A DNA stretch of 64,000 nucleotides from Azolla caroliniana (Eukaryota; Plantae; Polypodiophyta). This document shows, in pieces, positions 63,031 to 64,000 of the stretch. The notes beneath the pieces were generated by a model that saw only the letters and a program-made list of their open reading frames with translations, was not told where the DNA came from and made no database searches. Every line of letters starts with the position of its first letter. Positions within the stretch are counted from its first letter, which is position 1. The DNA is taken from NCBI GenBank assembly GCA_043228905.1, contig JBHGNT010000010.1:14756001-14820000 (forward strand), given 5' to 3'. Position numbers and translations under genes: made by a program.

Positions 63031-63179
63031 TCTCTCTCTCTCTCTCTCCCTCCCCCTACCTCCCTCTCTCTCTCAGATGATCCACTATATACTATACATT
63101 GTACAAGCTCTCCCTCCCACTCTCTCTCACGTCTGTGGTCTCGACTCTCTCTCTCTCTCTCTCTCCCCTCCCCTCTGTG

Positions 63180-63800
63180 TAGTCTCCCGATGGCCTTTTC
63201 TGCCACAATACCAACATTCTATTTCGGCCTTTCATTGCCAGTTTCCGGTGCCGCCTTGACTCCCCTTGTTTTCGGAGGGTTTGGAATTGCTGTCGACATT
63301 TCGATTATGCCTTCGGTTTTGCTCATGTCAGTCGTCTTCGTTGCGTGCTGACCCACCTCGTCCACCACAACCATAGGGTCTATCCTCCTTCGTGTACAAC
63401 ATCTTGCTATCGATGTATATGGTCGTCGACGCATCTGGGTGGTTCTCTTCAACGAGAAGCATCGATTGCAACTCAAAGAATGACAGTGTATTCACTCTCG
63501 TGCAGATAGCCGTTCGGAATGATCTGACATGAACCTACACCATTTCTTCCTCCTCGATTGTCACATTGATAGAGGCGAGGGAGTCGTAGATGTCATTGAT
63601 TCGGGTTGTATAATTGACCACTGACAAATCTTTCTGTCAGACATTGGAGTTGCAGCTTTGTGTTCATTGTGCAAGCCGCAACAACCTTTTTTAGGTTCGT
63701 CCAAGCATCTTTGGGTGTCTTGGCATCCTGGATGTAGCTGAGTAGTTGATCACCAACGTTGGACGCGAAGCACTACATTACTCTGATTGCCGCCTGCTCC
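63180..63800 (-). mobile_element. Copia gag fragment related to the 57199 element
   Basis: Minus strand reads ...CFASNVGDQLLSYIQDAKTPKDAWTNLKK... and knuckle ECWYCGRKGH. An integrase C-terminal scrap (VSRDVAFDESTSW) lies at about 62750-62805. Confidence 0.75.
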
Positions 63801-64000
63801 TGTCATGATATGGCAAAACTCGAACCCATAACCTTATGTTATATGGGTCGAGCTCTTGACCATTACATTATCTATTCTAATACGTAGGATATTATTTTCA
63901 TTTAAGTTTTACTATTGAAAATTATTGTATATTCCAAATTTCTCTGGAACATTCTAGAAGCTTAAGGACTATTCCTCAGAACATTGTAAAAAGAGGCACA
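63801..64000. mobile_element. Probable start of another LTR interrupting the gag fragment
   Basis: Gag homology stops abruptly at TGtcatgata and AT-rich LTR-like sequence follows to the window edge. Confidence 0.4.

Overview
AT-rich eukaryotic nuclear DNA from a land plant. A fern or other non-seed plant is my inference from intron style, microsatellite load and LINE/Copia content; it is not demonstrated. Four spliced host genes can be reconstructed with GT-AG boundaries: an unusually long (~1051 aa) group-6-type remorin (-), the KEOPS kinase BUD32/TP53RK (-), a plastid-targeted glycolytic GAPDH of the GAPCp type (-), and a CBP1/MEE14-like gene (+). There is also one intact, intronless 503-codon ORF with no family I can recognise. 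The rest is transposon debris: a 5.8 kb 5'-truncated L1-type LINE with TSD, several RTE/L2-like and L1 3' fragments, a decayed Copia element with a nested solo LTR, further solo LTRs, an hAT-like terminus, and tandem and micro-satellites. I see no clearly new multi-gene system. The best leads are the orphan ORF, the giant remorin, a 166-bp palindromic element built from LTR ends with a perfect 5-bp TSD, and an L1-tailed non-coding insertion carrying a 150-bp tandem array.
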